Assembly (NCBI GenBank): GCA_023150835.1
Contig: JAKLKB010000018.1
Coordinates: 1-64,000, forward strand
Length of the DNA: 64,000 bases
Source: Myxococcota bacterium
GTDB taxonomy: Bacteria > Myxococcota_C > UBA6777
Direction of reading: 5' to 3'
In this document: in pieces, positions 1-9,066 of the stretch
Layout of the letters: each line of letters starts with the position of its first letter
Position numbering within the stretch: the first letter of the stretch is position 1
Made by a program: the position numbers and the translations under genes
Notes under the pieces: generated by a model
Databases searched by the model: none
Told to the model about the DNA's origin: nothing
What the model saw: the letters and a program-made list of their open reading frames with translations, nothing else

Positions 1-576
1 CGCCGTAGAGGCCGGACACGTCCCTTGAAAACACGACCCCGCGACGCACACTTCGCCCGTTCCGCACGACTTCCCGCACGCTCCACAATGCCGCGCATCT
101 GCCGTAAGATCCACGCATCCATCTCCCCCACATCCCAACAATCCCCCCGCACATAGGCAATTTCCGCCCTCACAACGCTGTCCGATCTCACAAGCCTTCC
201 CACATACCCCACAATGCTTCGCATCTTGGCGCGTATCCACGCAGCGGTCCTCACAACGCGCTACCCCCTCACCCACACACTCTTCCACACAACGCCCCCC
301 CTCGCAGCGTTCTCTTGCCCCACAAGCCTTCCCACAAACACCGCAATTTTTCGTATCTTGGCGAGGATTCACACACACACCACTACATAAAAATTCTTCA
401 TCCCCGCACAACGGACGACACTTCCCCTCCACACACACTTTCCCGCTCTCACACACACCACAAGGATCCGCTGGCTGCGTGCAATCCCACAACAAACCCA
501 CGCACAGCAAGCACCAAACAACCATCCGCCATCCCCCAAATGCCCGAACCTTCCTCAATGCCCCGATCTTCCGCAT
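1..576 (-). CDS. Cys-rich repeat secreted/lipoprotein (MXAN_6577/Stigma1-like), 3' end outside window
   Basis: Manual translation from ATG 576 (RBS GAGGAG): hydrophobic signal ending LLWDC, then CVNPRQDTKNCGVCGKAC / HCGACGKSC repeats; frame stays open to position 1. Confidence 0.85.
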   Translation of the reverse strand, partial: MRKIGALRKVRAFGGWRMVVWCLLCVGLLWDCTQPADPCGVCESGKVCVEGKCRPLCGDEEFLCSGVCVNPRQDTKNCGVCGKACGARERCEGGRCVEECVGEGVARCEDRCVDTRQDAKHCGVCGKACEIGQRCEGGNCLCAGGLLGCGGDGCVDLTADARHCGACGKSCGTGEVCVAGSCFQGTCPASTA

Positions 577-727
577 CCGAAACCCCTTCTCCTCGCACAC
601 AGACACACCGCCAAAAAGATCCAACCCTCAAACCAACGGCCACGCCGCTTTTCTTCAACAAAACACATACACTAGATCCCCCTCCTTTAGCAACCTCTGC
701 ATATCTCTACAGCTTTTCAGATGGTCT

Positions 728-975
728 TTCCCCCCTCTTTCTTCTTCCCCTCTTTCTTCTTCCCCTCTTTCTTCTCTTTCTTCTTCCCCTCTTTCTTCTC
801 TTTCTTCTTCCCCTCTTTCTTCTCTTTCTTCTTCCCCTCTTTCTTCTCTTTCTTCTTCCCCTCTTTCTTCTCTTTCTTTCTTCCCCTCTTTCTTCTCTTT
901 CTTCTTCCCCTCTTTCTTCTCTTTCTTCTTCCCCTTTTTCTTCTCTTTCTTCTTCCCCTCTTTCTTCTTCCCTTT
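728..975. repeat. Polypyrimidine 24-bp tandem repeat (TTCTTCTTCCCCTCTTTCTTCTCT), about 10 units
   Basis: About 250 bp of only C/T on the + strand, with one register slip. Confidence 0.95.
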
Positions 976-1025
976 TCCGTGTATTCCGTGTATTCCGTGG
1001 ACATGTTTTGGATCAAGGCAACGAT

Positions 1026-1517
1026 TTAATCCCCATCGCCGTTGCTGTCTCCACCGCTATCGTCGCTGCCGCTGTCATCGCTGCCGTTGTCTGTGCCGTC
1101 GTCGAGAAAGCCGCCGTTGTTATCGTTGCCGCCGTTGTTATCGTTGCCGCCGTTGTTATCGGGGCTATCATCCCAAGCGTTTTCATCCCAACCATCTTCC
1201 CATCCATCGTCCCAACCGAGATCGCCATCGTCCAATATCGGGGCATTTGAGCGGCGTGGGAAACAAGCTCCTTGGCGGCAGGCGTAGCCATCACCCAAAG
1301 CGCGGCGACAACCCTCGTGCGTCTGGCACAAGACCTTGGGTACGCAACGTTTAAGATGGCAGTGATAATCGCGCCCTAAACGCTTTTGGCACTGGCTTGT
1401 TTCGGTGCATGATAACCGAGGACGTAAACCACATCCCCCGCCCATCAAACCGACAAGTAAGATCAAAGCCAAACAACCTACGATCCAAAAAGAAGTTCGA
1501 TGTAAGCGCTTTTCCAT
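1026..1517 (-). CDS. Small Cys-rich lipoprotein with acidic Asp/Gly/Asn tail
   Basis: AGGAGG RBS before ATG 1517; signal peptide ending GGGC; two C-x5-C..Y-x-C units; DNNGG repeats. Confidence 0.8.
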   Translation of the reverse strand: MEKRLHRTSFWIVGCLALILLVGLMGGGCGLRPRLSCTETSQCQKRLGRDYHCHLKRCVPKVLCQTHEGCRRALGDGYACRQGACFPRRSNAPILDDGDLGWDDGWEDGWDENAWDDSPDNNGGNDNNGGNDNNGGFLDDGTDNGSDDSGSDDSGGDSNGDGD

Positions 1518-1588
1518 AATGCAACCTCCTTGATCTTTTCGCCGTTTTCGACAACGCACCCAAACGTAAGCTGGAAACCCTCTCTCTG

Positions 1589-1777
1589 TCAACACGTCCG
1601 CCTCAGAAGGCAGAAGCTGTCTCCGCCTTCGAGCAAAGGCCACGCCAAACAAGCCTTCGGAGCCGAAGCCTGAACGCGGGCATCGGATCGAGACATACAG
1701 AGCTTACTCCCGCACCCAAAAGCCCGCTCCTTCCGACAAACATTGGAAAGCACCACTCCAGTCCGTCGGAGCAGCAT
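1589..1777 (-). CDS. Possible 62-aa small protein
   Basis: AAGGAGGG RBS directly before ATG; fills the gap between co-oriented genes; no recognisable motif. Confidence 0.3.
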   Translation of the reverse strand: MLLRRTGVVLSNVCRKERAFGCGSKLCMSRSDARVQASAPKACLAWPLLEGGDSFCLLRRTC

Positions 1778-1824
1778 CCCTCCTTGTTTCACGAGAAACC
1801 AAAACAAGCCCTCTCAAAAAGGAC

Positions 1825-2571
1825 TCAGCGCAATTCATACAAGAAAAAACGCCCGCTATCTGTAGGCAAAGGCAACGCTCTCTCCGCAGGAGGTCGCATC
1901 GGCTGTATGTTTGGTGGTGGTTGGTCGGGAGGCTCCAGATGGTGCGGAAACTTCTGCTTCGTCAAACGCCGATAATGTTCTGCGAATATCCGATGGTTGT
2001 GCGCGGAGATGGCTGTTCCATAGATGGCAGGAACCGCAGCGACAAGGCTGATCCCCAACAGCAAGCAAACCCCTCCAGCCGATCCGATCCAAAAAGCTGG
2101 GGAGTCGAAAACATTTCCTGACGGTGGGGCCAAGGTCTGCGGCATCGCAAAAGCCAAAATGGAGATCGAAAGCGCGCTCCCTGCTGCCAAACCGAGAAAG
2201 ATACGACCTGTGATATCCACACCCACCGCCCATCGTGCAAAGGTTTTTGCTCGGGGTGTTTCTCGAAAAAACACGTTATATTCGAGAGGCATGAGCAGAA
2301 AAAAAGGAGCTGGATAATTCTTTTTATTTCGGCGAATTGTCCGCCCATCTGGCAGCAAAAAAACTTGCTTTTGATAAACCTCCATCAATACTTGCGCTTG
2401 TTCTTCTTCTCGGATGATCTGTTGCAGCTTTTGTTTTGCGGCCTCAGCTTTGGGGCTGCTGGCTTTTCGAGCGGGCAGCGTGGTGCTAGGCTGATTCGCC
2501 TGTGCTTCCAAGACACCTAGCCAAAGGATCACCGCGATCCAAAGCACCTCCCATCGAGATCTCACACGCAT
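1825..2571 (-). CDS. Hypothetical membrane protein (signal peptide plus 2 TM), paralog of 2689-3855
   Basis: GGAGG RBS; AQA cleavage site; YQKQVFLLPDGR motif shared with the neighbour. Confidence 0.75.
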   Translation of the reverse strand: MRVRSRWEVLWIAVILWLGVLEAQANQPSTTLPARKASSPKAEAAKQKLQQIIREEEQAQVLMEVYQKQVFLLPDGRTIRRNKKNYPAPFFLLMPLEYNVFFRETPRAKTFARWAVGVDITGRIFLGLAAGSALSISILAFAMPQTLAPPSGNVFDSPAFWIGSAGGVCLLLGISLVAAVPAIYGTAISAHNHRIFAEHYRRLTKQKFPHHLEPPDQPPPNIQPMRPPAERALPLPTDSGRFFLYELR

Positions 2572-2577
2572 CAAAAT

Positions 2578-2700
2578 CCTCCACAATGCTGACTATTCAA
2601 GAGAACATATCGCATACACCAACACCCTCCACAATGCTGACTATTCAAGAGAACATATCGCATACACCAACATCCTCCACAATGCAGGTTATTCAAGAGA
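2578..2700. repeat. 48-bp tandem duplication (about 2.5 copies) spanning a stop codon/RBS junction
   Basis: CCTCCACAATGCTGACTATTCAAGAGAACATATCGCATACACCAACAC repeated. Confidence 0.95.
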
Positions 2701-3855
2701 AAGTAAGACATCGACTCGACTATCCCGAACAGAGGCGACATTGGCGCGGCTCTGGCTTGTGCGGCTTGCTTGCGCAAGGCTACCGGAGGGCGTGTGTGTT
2801 TGCTCTATCGAAAAGGATGCTTTTTGCGGATCACGCGGCCCTGCCACGCGCAAAAAAAGGGCGTGGTTGTACTCTGCAAGCGTCCGTTGGTAGGTCTGTT
2901 GGGCTGTAATCTCCAACAGAACCCCAACGGCAAAGACCGTAAACCCACCCGCCCACAAGCCATAAGAAACACCCGGCGGAATCAACACAGGCCCCGCCGA
3001 AAAGATGGCGTAAGGATTCACTGCAAAACACGCCATTCCGCCCAACATCGCAAGCCCACCTGCCGACAACATCGCGATCGCTGCAACACGCATCTCCCAA
3101 GCCCGACGCAGCGAAGCGAGATGTGCGGGTTCTTCCTTCAACAACACCTCGTGCCAAGCCGAGAATGCGGGAAGACGTTGCTTGCCTTTGCGAACCCAGC
3201 CTTCCTCATGCGCGGAGATCCGCTTGGATTGAAGCAGCAACCACGCCATCTGCTGCGTCGAAGTCCATGCTCCCGACCTCTGCATACGCTCTAACATCCC
3301 CTGATTGGCACTCTCTACCGCCCCGCTCACCGTTTGCCCCAAAGGGATGGTCATCAACAGAGCCGCTGGAAAAGCGATAAATCCGACGCCAATTAGCGAA
3401 AAAATAACGTGATCGACAGCCGATCCAGCAAAAACGTTCGGCGCAGTGAACAACAACGTAAAAGCCCCTCCCACCGACAACAGCGAAACAGACAACGAGC
3501 CAGCAAGAAAACCAAACCACCATTTTCCCTGTTCTATCCGCTGCACAGCTTCGGGGATGTGCCCCAAATAACCATGAACCTCCTGACCAAGCGGCTGTAT
3601 CACAGAGAGCTTTCCACCTTTCATCCACCGCCCATCTGCCTGCAAAAAGATCTGCGACTGGTACAGAGTCCAAACAGCTTTGTACCGTTCGCCTTTTTTG
3701 ATGGGCTGTTCTGCCCTAGCTTCGCAAGCACAAAACATCCAAAACACCCCCCAGATCAAGCCTCCTTTCCCCACCGCCCGAGCCCAGCCACCCAAAAGAT
3801 ACCGCAACGACACCCACACTTGACAGCCCACCCGCACTCGACAGCCCATCCACAA
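2689..3855 (-). CDS. Hypothetical membrane protein with two copies of the same 2-TM module (start uncertain)
   Basis: YQSQIFLQADGR motif; four hydrophobic helices; ARA cleavage site. Confidence 0.75.
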   Translation of the reverse strand: MWMGCRVRVGCQVWVSLRYLLGGWARAVGKGGLIWGVFWMFCACEARAEQPIKKGERYKAVWTLYQSQIFLQADGRWMKGGKLSVIQPLGQEVHGYLGHIPEAVQRIEQGKWWFGFLAGSLSVSLLSVGGAFTLLFTAPNVFAGSAVDHVIFSLIGVGFIAFPAALLMTIPLGQTVSGAVESANQGMLERMQRSGAWTSTQQMAWLLLQSKRISAHEEGWVRKGKQRLPAFSAWHEVLLKEEPAHLASLRRAWEMRVAAIAMLSAGGLAMLGGMACFAVNPYAIFSAGPVLIPPGVSYGLWAGGFTVFAVGVLLEITAQQTYQRTLAEYNHALFLRVAGPRDPQKASFSIEQTHTPSGSLAQASRTSQSRANVASVRDSRVDVLLSLE

Positions 3856-3924
3856 CCTCCACTCGACACACTAACGGCTTTTCACCCAACACACTACGCC
3901 AACGAAAAATGCGGCAAACAACGC

Positions 3925-3953
3925 TTGACACACAACAAGCAACCACCTACAAC
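3925..3953 (+). promoter_or_regulatory. Putative sigma70 promoter of the APC permease gene
   Basis: TTGACA-17 bp-TACAAC. Confidence 0.45.
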
Positions 3954-4092
3954 CCACCAACAGAAAGAACAACGATTTGATTCCGCCCGTGGAGCGCACC
4001 ATTTCACAACAAAAGGATCCTCACAGCACACCACCAACACAACGAAAAGCACTCCAACCTTCGCTCCCTCTTCACCCCAAAGGATGGCGATC

Positions 4093-5433
4093 ATGCCCAA
4101 CACACCAGAACGCATCTCCCCTCCAACCACCTCTTCGGCAGCCCCCAACCAACTCGCCCGTGTCGTCGGCTTTTGGGGGGCTGTCTGGATGGGGCTTGGC
4201 TCGATCCTTGGAACAGGCGTCTTTGTCAGCCTCGGTATCTCCGCAGGGATCGTCGGTTCGAGCATGGTGCTTGCGGTGGCTCTTGCGGCTTTTGTTGCTA
4301 CAGCCAACGGGCTTTCGAGCGCACAACTGGCTGCGAATCTTCCTGTCAGCGGCGGCACGTATGCTTATGCCCGCGCTTATCTTCATCCGTTGGCAGGCTT
4401 TGCGGCAGGATGGATGTTTCTCGCCGCCAAAAGCGCTTCGGCGGCGACGGCTGCCCAAGGATTTTCTGGCTATCTGCTCTACACGCTCGGTTATTCTCCC
4501 TCGCGGATCACGCGAACAGCGCTCGCTCTTGCCCTTGTGATCGCCCTTACCGCGCTGGTCGCCACCGGCCTCAAACGCTCCAACACCGCCAATATCTTGA
4601 TCGTCTCCTTCACCATGCTTGCGCTCGGTAGCTTCGTATTCTTCGGACTGCTTAGCCTTTCCGCAGCTTCTTTCCAACAACACCTCGGCCCAACGTCCCT
4701 CTTTGCGGGGCTTTCGCGTCCCACCGCTATGCTCGAAGCTACCGCCCTGATGTTTGTTGCTTACACGGGATACGGGCGCATCGCCACCCTCGGCGAAGAA
4801 GTCCACGAACCCGCCAAAGTCATCCCACGCGCCATTGTCGGAACGCTTCTGATCTCGATGATCCTGTATCTGAGTGTCTCCATCGTTGCTGTCGCCGTCG
4901 CAGGAGCCGACGCTTTTGGAAAGGCCGCCCAAAGCGCCGCCCCGCTTGAGCGCATCGCACGCAGTTTCCGCGTCCCCCAGATCGCGTACATCGTTTCGCT
5001 TGGTGCCGTGACAGCGATGGCTGGGGTCTTACTCAATCTTTTGCTCGGACTTTCTCGCGTGCTTTTTGCGATGGCCCGCGATCACGAAGCCCCCCAAACC
5101 TTCTCCCACGTCGACGAACGCACCGAAAGCCCCGACCGCGCCGTCTGGGGCGTCGGCATCCTGATCGCTTCTCTTGTATTGCTCGGCGATATCCGCACGA
5201 CGTGGTCTTTTAGCGCCTTTACTGTCCTGATCTATTACGGTTTCACCAACCTCTGCGCGCTCCAGCTTTCCCCCCAAGAACGCCGTTTTCACCCGATCAT
5301 CGCCCTCTTCGGATTGCTCTCCTGCTTTGGCCTTGCCTTCTTTGTACCCCCCAAAGTCTGGATCGCTGGACTTTCTCTGCTCGCTTTCGGTTTTGTCTTG
5401 CGCCTGTTCTTTGTCAAAAGATCCGCCTCTTAA
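4093..5433 (+). CDS. APC-family amino acid permease
   Basis: GSILGTGVF, PVSGGTYAY, FVAYTGY and LGEEVHEP motifs; about 12 TM. Confidence 0.92.
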   Translation: MPNTPERISPPTTSSAAPNQLARVVGFWGAVWMGLGSILGTGVFVSLGISAGIVGSSMVLAVALAAFVATANGLSSAQLAANLPVSGGTYAYARAYLHPLAGFAAGWMFLAAKSASAATAAQGFSGYLLYTLGYSPSRITRTALALALVIALTALVATGLKRSNTANILIVSFTMLALGSFVFFGLLSLSAASFQQHLGPTSLFAGLSRPTAMLEATALMFVAYTGYGRIATLGEEVHEPAKVIPRAIVGTLLISMILYLSVSIVAVAVAGADAFGKAAQSAAPLERIARSFRVPQIAYIVSLGAVTAMAGVLLNLLLGLSRVLFAMARDHEAPQTFSHVDERTESPDRAVWGVGILIASLVLLGDIRTTWSFSAFTVLIYYGFTNLCALQLSPQERRFHPIIALFGLLSCFGLAFFVPPKVWIAGLSLLAFGFVLRLFFVKRSAS

Positions 5434-5505
5434 AAAACAATCGCACTCTTCCCTCGCCTTCCCCTCCTTCTGCCTCTAAAAAAATAATCCCCCCACCTTC
5501 CCCTC

Positions 5506-8169
5506 TTAACGACACGTCCCGTTTTGACAAAACTGACTCGACGAACATTGCCTCCCACAATATCCGCAGTTGGAGCGGTCGATGTTGGTGTTCACACAAG
5601 CACTCCCACAAACCTTCGTCCCATCGGGGCATTTGCACGAGCCACCGCTACAGATCTGGTTCGTATATTGGTTGCATTGGTGCCCACAATACCCGCAGTT
5701 GAGCCGATCTGTATTCTTATCCACGCACGCACTGCTACACACGCTGTAGCCCGACGGACATTTGCACGAACCGCCATCGCAGATCTGGTTCGTATATTGG
5801 TCGCATTGCCGGCCACAGTACCCGCAGTTGAGCCGATCTGTATTCTTATCCACGCACGCATTGCTGCACAACGTATAACCCGAAGCGCAGGTGCATCGGC
5901 GCGAAACGCAGGCTTGGTTGATGTATTGTGTGCATCGAGACCCACACGAGCCGCAATTGTTCTTGTCTGTATCCAAGTCCACACAGGCCCCGCTACACTC
6001 GGACATACCCGTAGCACACCGACAATTTCCGCTGCTACAGCTATATGTCGAGCGACACGGGCTATTGCACGCCCCGCAATGATTGGGATCTGTCGAGCGA
6101 TTCACACAAACGCCCGAACATTCGGTCATTCCAGTTGCACACTTACAGTATCGGTTTTCACAGATCTTTGCGCCTGTGCAAGCTTTTCCGCAGCTTCCGC
6201 AATGATTCGCGTCGTTGCTTAGGTTCGCGCAAATGCCTGAACAATCGCTTGTTCCGCTTGGGCACGTACAATAACGACTGCTACAGATCTTTCCACCCGC
6301 ACAGGCTTTTCCACAACTTCCGCAGTGGCTTGCGTCGGTCGAAAGATCTACGCAAACGCCCGAACATTCGCTTGTTCCACTTGGGCAACGGCAATACCCA
6401 CTCACGCAAACTTTGCCTCCTGCGCAGGCATTGCCACAACGGCTACAATGGTTTGCATCTGCGCTCGTATCGACGCAAACGCCGCTGCATGCGGTCATTC
6501 CGCTTGGACAAAGGCAGCTTCCGTTCTGGCATATATAAGAAGCCTGACAAGGTTTGTTGCATCCGCCACAATGACGCAGATCGCTTTGTGTATTGATGCA
6601 ATTGCCACCGCAAGGCATCGTCCCTGTAGGACAAGAGCATACGCCCTTTGTACAAACGAGACCCAAAGCGCACGGACGGCCGCAGCCTCCGCAATGTTGC
6701 GTGTTGGTTTGCGTATCGACGCACGAAGATCCGCAGATCGTCGGCGATCCGACGGGGCAGTTGATCACGCACTTTCCGTCTGCGCAGCGTTCCCCCGACG
6801 CGCACGCGAGACCGCATCCCCCACAATGCCGCGCATCGGTCTTTGGATCGATGCACTGTCCGCTGCATAGGCGTTGTTCAGACAAGCACTCTGCTTGGCA
6901 CGTCCCTTCACGACAACGCTCCCCTGTCTGGCAAGCGCGCCCACAAACCCCGCAATGACGGCCATCTGTGCTTAACAACACGCACTGGCCGCTGCACACG
7001 GTTTGTCCCGTCGGACAGCGGCAGACGGCCTGTTCACAGTTCTGCCCTCCTGTGCAGCGTTTGTTGCACGACCCACAATGGTTTGGGTTGGTCTGCGGAT
7101 CGACGCAGCCTCCTAAACACAACAGCGGCGTACCTACGGGACATTCCGCTTGACATTGCCCCAGCGCACACACGGATCCTTGCGGACAAGCATTGTTGCA
7201 ACCGCCACAATGCGCCCGATCATTGGCGATATCGATGCAACGGCCCGCACAGGCTTGTTGTCCTGTAGGACATTGACAGCGGCCTTGTACGCATCGGCGA
7301 TCTTCGCTACAAGCGTTTCCACACGACCCACAATGCGCTGCATCCGTTTTGATATCCACACAAGCCCCTAGACATACCGTTGGCGTGGCATCGGGACAAG
7401 ACGAAACGCACTGTCCTCCCGCACAAAACCGACCTTCCGCACAAGCCGCTCCACACGCCCCACAATTTTTCGTATCCGTCTGGAGATCCGCACAACCCGT
7501 CGTGCAAGTCTCCAACCCCGACAAGCACGCACAACGGCCTTCTTGGCACACTTGGCGCGGTAGGCATGTACGACCACATGCGCCACAATGTACTCCATCA
7601 CTTTGCAGATCCACACAATCATTCCCGCAACGTTCGGGAGTATCGCGTGGACAACCTTGGCACACGCCCCCCACGCAACGCTCCCCCACACCACAAGCTT
7701 TTCCACAGCCCCCACAATGCGCTGCGTCACTCTGCGGCTCGACGCATCCGCCTGCACACGCCAACGGGCGATCCGTTGGACAGCTTTGGCCTGTACAAGC
7801 TCCACCGACACAGGGCTGATCGGCTGGACACGCTTTCCCACACGCCCCACAATGCGACGTATCCACCGCAAGATCCACACATCTCCCCGAACAATCGACC
7901 TTTCCAACTGCGCAGCCGCAGCGCCCCGCTTCACACGTCCCACCCTCCTCACAAGCCACTCCACACGCCCCACAATGCGCGGGATTGCGCAAAAGATTCA
8001 CACACACGCCCTCGCACTCTTCCCCACCCTGCGGGCAAACGCACACCTCTCCCACACAGACCCGCCCCCCCTCACACTCCGAATGATACCGACAAGACTG
8101 TTGATTGGGTGCTGTACACGCCACATATCCCCACATCACCGAGGCCAGAAGGATCATCCAACGCAGCAT
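5506..8169 (-). CDS. Large Cys-rich repeat lipoprotein (MXAN_6577/Stigma1-like, about 20 repeats)
   Basis: Lipobox YVAC; repeated CVD-x3-D-x2-HCG-x-CG-x2-C units. Confidence 0.92.
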   Translation of the reverse strand: MLRWMILLASVMWGYVACTAPNQQSCRYHSECEGGRVCVGEVCVCPQGGEECEGVCVNLLRNPAHCGACGVACEEGGTCEAGRCGCAVGKVDCSGRCVDLAVDTSHCGACGKACPADQPCVGGACTGQSCPTDRPLACAGGCVEPQSDAAHCGGCGKACGVGERCVGGVCQGCPRDTPERCGNDCVDLQSDGVHCGACGRTCLPRQVCQEGRCACLSGLETCTTGCADLQTDTKNCGACGAACAEGRFCAGGQCVSSCPDATPTVCLGACVDIKTDAAHCGSCGNACSEDRRCVQGRCQCPTGQQACAGRCIDIANDRAHCGGCNNACPQGSVCALGQCQAECPVGTPLLCLGGCVDPQTNPNHCGSCNKRCTGGQNCEQAVCRCPTGQTVCSGQCVLLSTDGRHCGVCGRACQTGERCREGTCQAECLSEQRLCSGQCIDPKTDARHCGGCGLACASGERCADGKCVINCPVGSPTICGSSCVDTQTNTQHCGGCGRPCALGLVCTKGVCSCPTGTMPCGGNCINTQSDLRHCGGCNKPCQASYICQNGSCLCPSGMTACSGVCVDTSADANHCSRCGNACAGGKVCVSGYCRCPSGTSECSGVCVDLSTDASHCGSCGKACAGGKICSSRYCTCPSGTSDCSGICANLSNDANHCGSCGKACTGAKICENRYCKCATGMTECSGVCVNRSTDPNHCGACNSPCRSTYSCSSGNCRCATGMSECSGACVDLDTDKNNCGSCGSRCTQYINQACVSRRCTCASGYTLCSNACVDKNTDRLNCGYCGRQCDQYTNQICDGGSCKCPSGYSVCSSACVDKNTDRLNCGYCGHQCNQYTNQICSGGSCKCPDGTKVCGSACVNTNIDRSNCGYCGRQCSSSQFCQNGTCR

Positions 8170-8410
8170 CTCGCAACCTCTCAATCGCCTCAAAAAAGCC
8201 TCTCATCGCCTCAAAAACACCCATCCCACAAACATGGACAGACGCTTCAGTCGCCTTTGTTCGCTGCAACCGCCGTGTTTGCTTCTCAAAACCAACCGCC
8301 CAAAAACACTAACCTTTTCGATCTCGACGCGTCAAGCACACGACGCGCTGTCCGATCCTCTATGACTCCTGTCTTCTCCCCCTTGTCTCAGCAGTGTGTT
8401 CTTCCCCTCC

Positions 8411-8564
8411 CTCCTTCCGCATCGCTCGTTTCGATCGTAATCGGTCACGAAAACGAGACAAGCGGTTTGACGACCTCCTTCCGCATCACTCGTTTCAATA
8501 CGTTGAGCTGTCCCCACACTCACATCCAATTCCGCCTCCCACCTTCCGCATCGCTCGTTTCGAT
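8411..8564. repeat. Three 25-bp direct repeats separated by unique 39- and 40-bp spacers
   Basis: C(T/A)CCTTCCGCATC(G/A)CTCGTTTC(G/A)AT at 8411, 8475 and 8540. Confidence 0.85.
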
Positions 8565-8632
8565 AGACTTTGTGAGATGCTGCCAAAGTAATAGGACATA
8601 CAGATCATCATACCGCTTTGTATGATGAATCA

Positions 8633-8750
8633 TACGAAATATACCTATTATGTGATCAGCTTATGTAGGGGCAGCCCCCTGTGGCTGCCCGACCGCAGGG
8701 GGCTACAGCGGATCACACCTACGCTTCGATCACACTCCTCTCGGATATCA
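8633..8750 (+). mobile_element. Degenerate family-B MITE/REP copy
   Basis: TACGAAAT...GTAGGGGCAGCCCCCTGTGGCTGCCC...CGGATATC. Confidence 0.65.
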
Positions 8751-8853
8751 GATGAAGTCTTGTGGGGTTTCACCCCACACCCCACAACCTTAGCGCGGCT
8801 CCCTTGACAATCGAAGAGCTTGCTCGCGTTTTCCAATCACTCGCCTGTAATGG

Positions 8854-8882
8854 TTGACAAAGTGGTCGTACTCTTCTATTTT
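8854..8882 (+). promoter_or_regulatory. Putative sigma70 promoter of the three-gene GTPase operon
   Basis: TTGACA-17 bp-TATTTT. Confidence 0.55.
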
Positions 8883-9066
8883 CTTCTCTCGTCGAAAAAG
8901 AAGCTGTATGCCTCTTGGATCTGTTTTGTGAAGCTTGAGATCATACTTTGTGTGCAAACCTTCGTGCCTACCCAAAAGTAGCGCCCATCGAGCCTTTCGG
9001 AATCCACAACTGTCCCGTCAACACGGGCTGAGCCGATCCCACCTCGCCTGGTGGTCAGGAGGCAGC

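Noticed and set aside
315-1354. Long + strand ORFs and the 99-aa Lys/Arg-rich ORF 717-1016
   Set aside because: Open frames are a by-product of the stop-free pyrimidine repeat and antisense overlap with real genes
3409-4092. N-terminal extension of the APC permease (also the ORF-track extensions of dapD, acr3, DSD1 and 32143-33600)
   Set aside because: Extensions overlap other genes or repeats; family homology and RBS indicate later starts
5524-8625. Many antisense or alternate-frame ORFs over the Cys-rich gene (likewise over fas and the collagen gene)
   Set aside because: Shadow ORFs of repetitive, GC-rich coding sequence with no motifs
8589-8650. AT-rich inverted repeat (TAATAGG..TCATCATAC/GTATGATGA..CCTATTA) as an origin or CRISPR leader
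   Set aside because: The symmetry is real, but it overlaps a degenerate MITE end and nothing else supports a function
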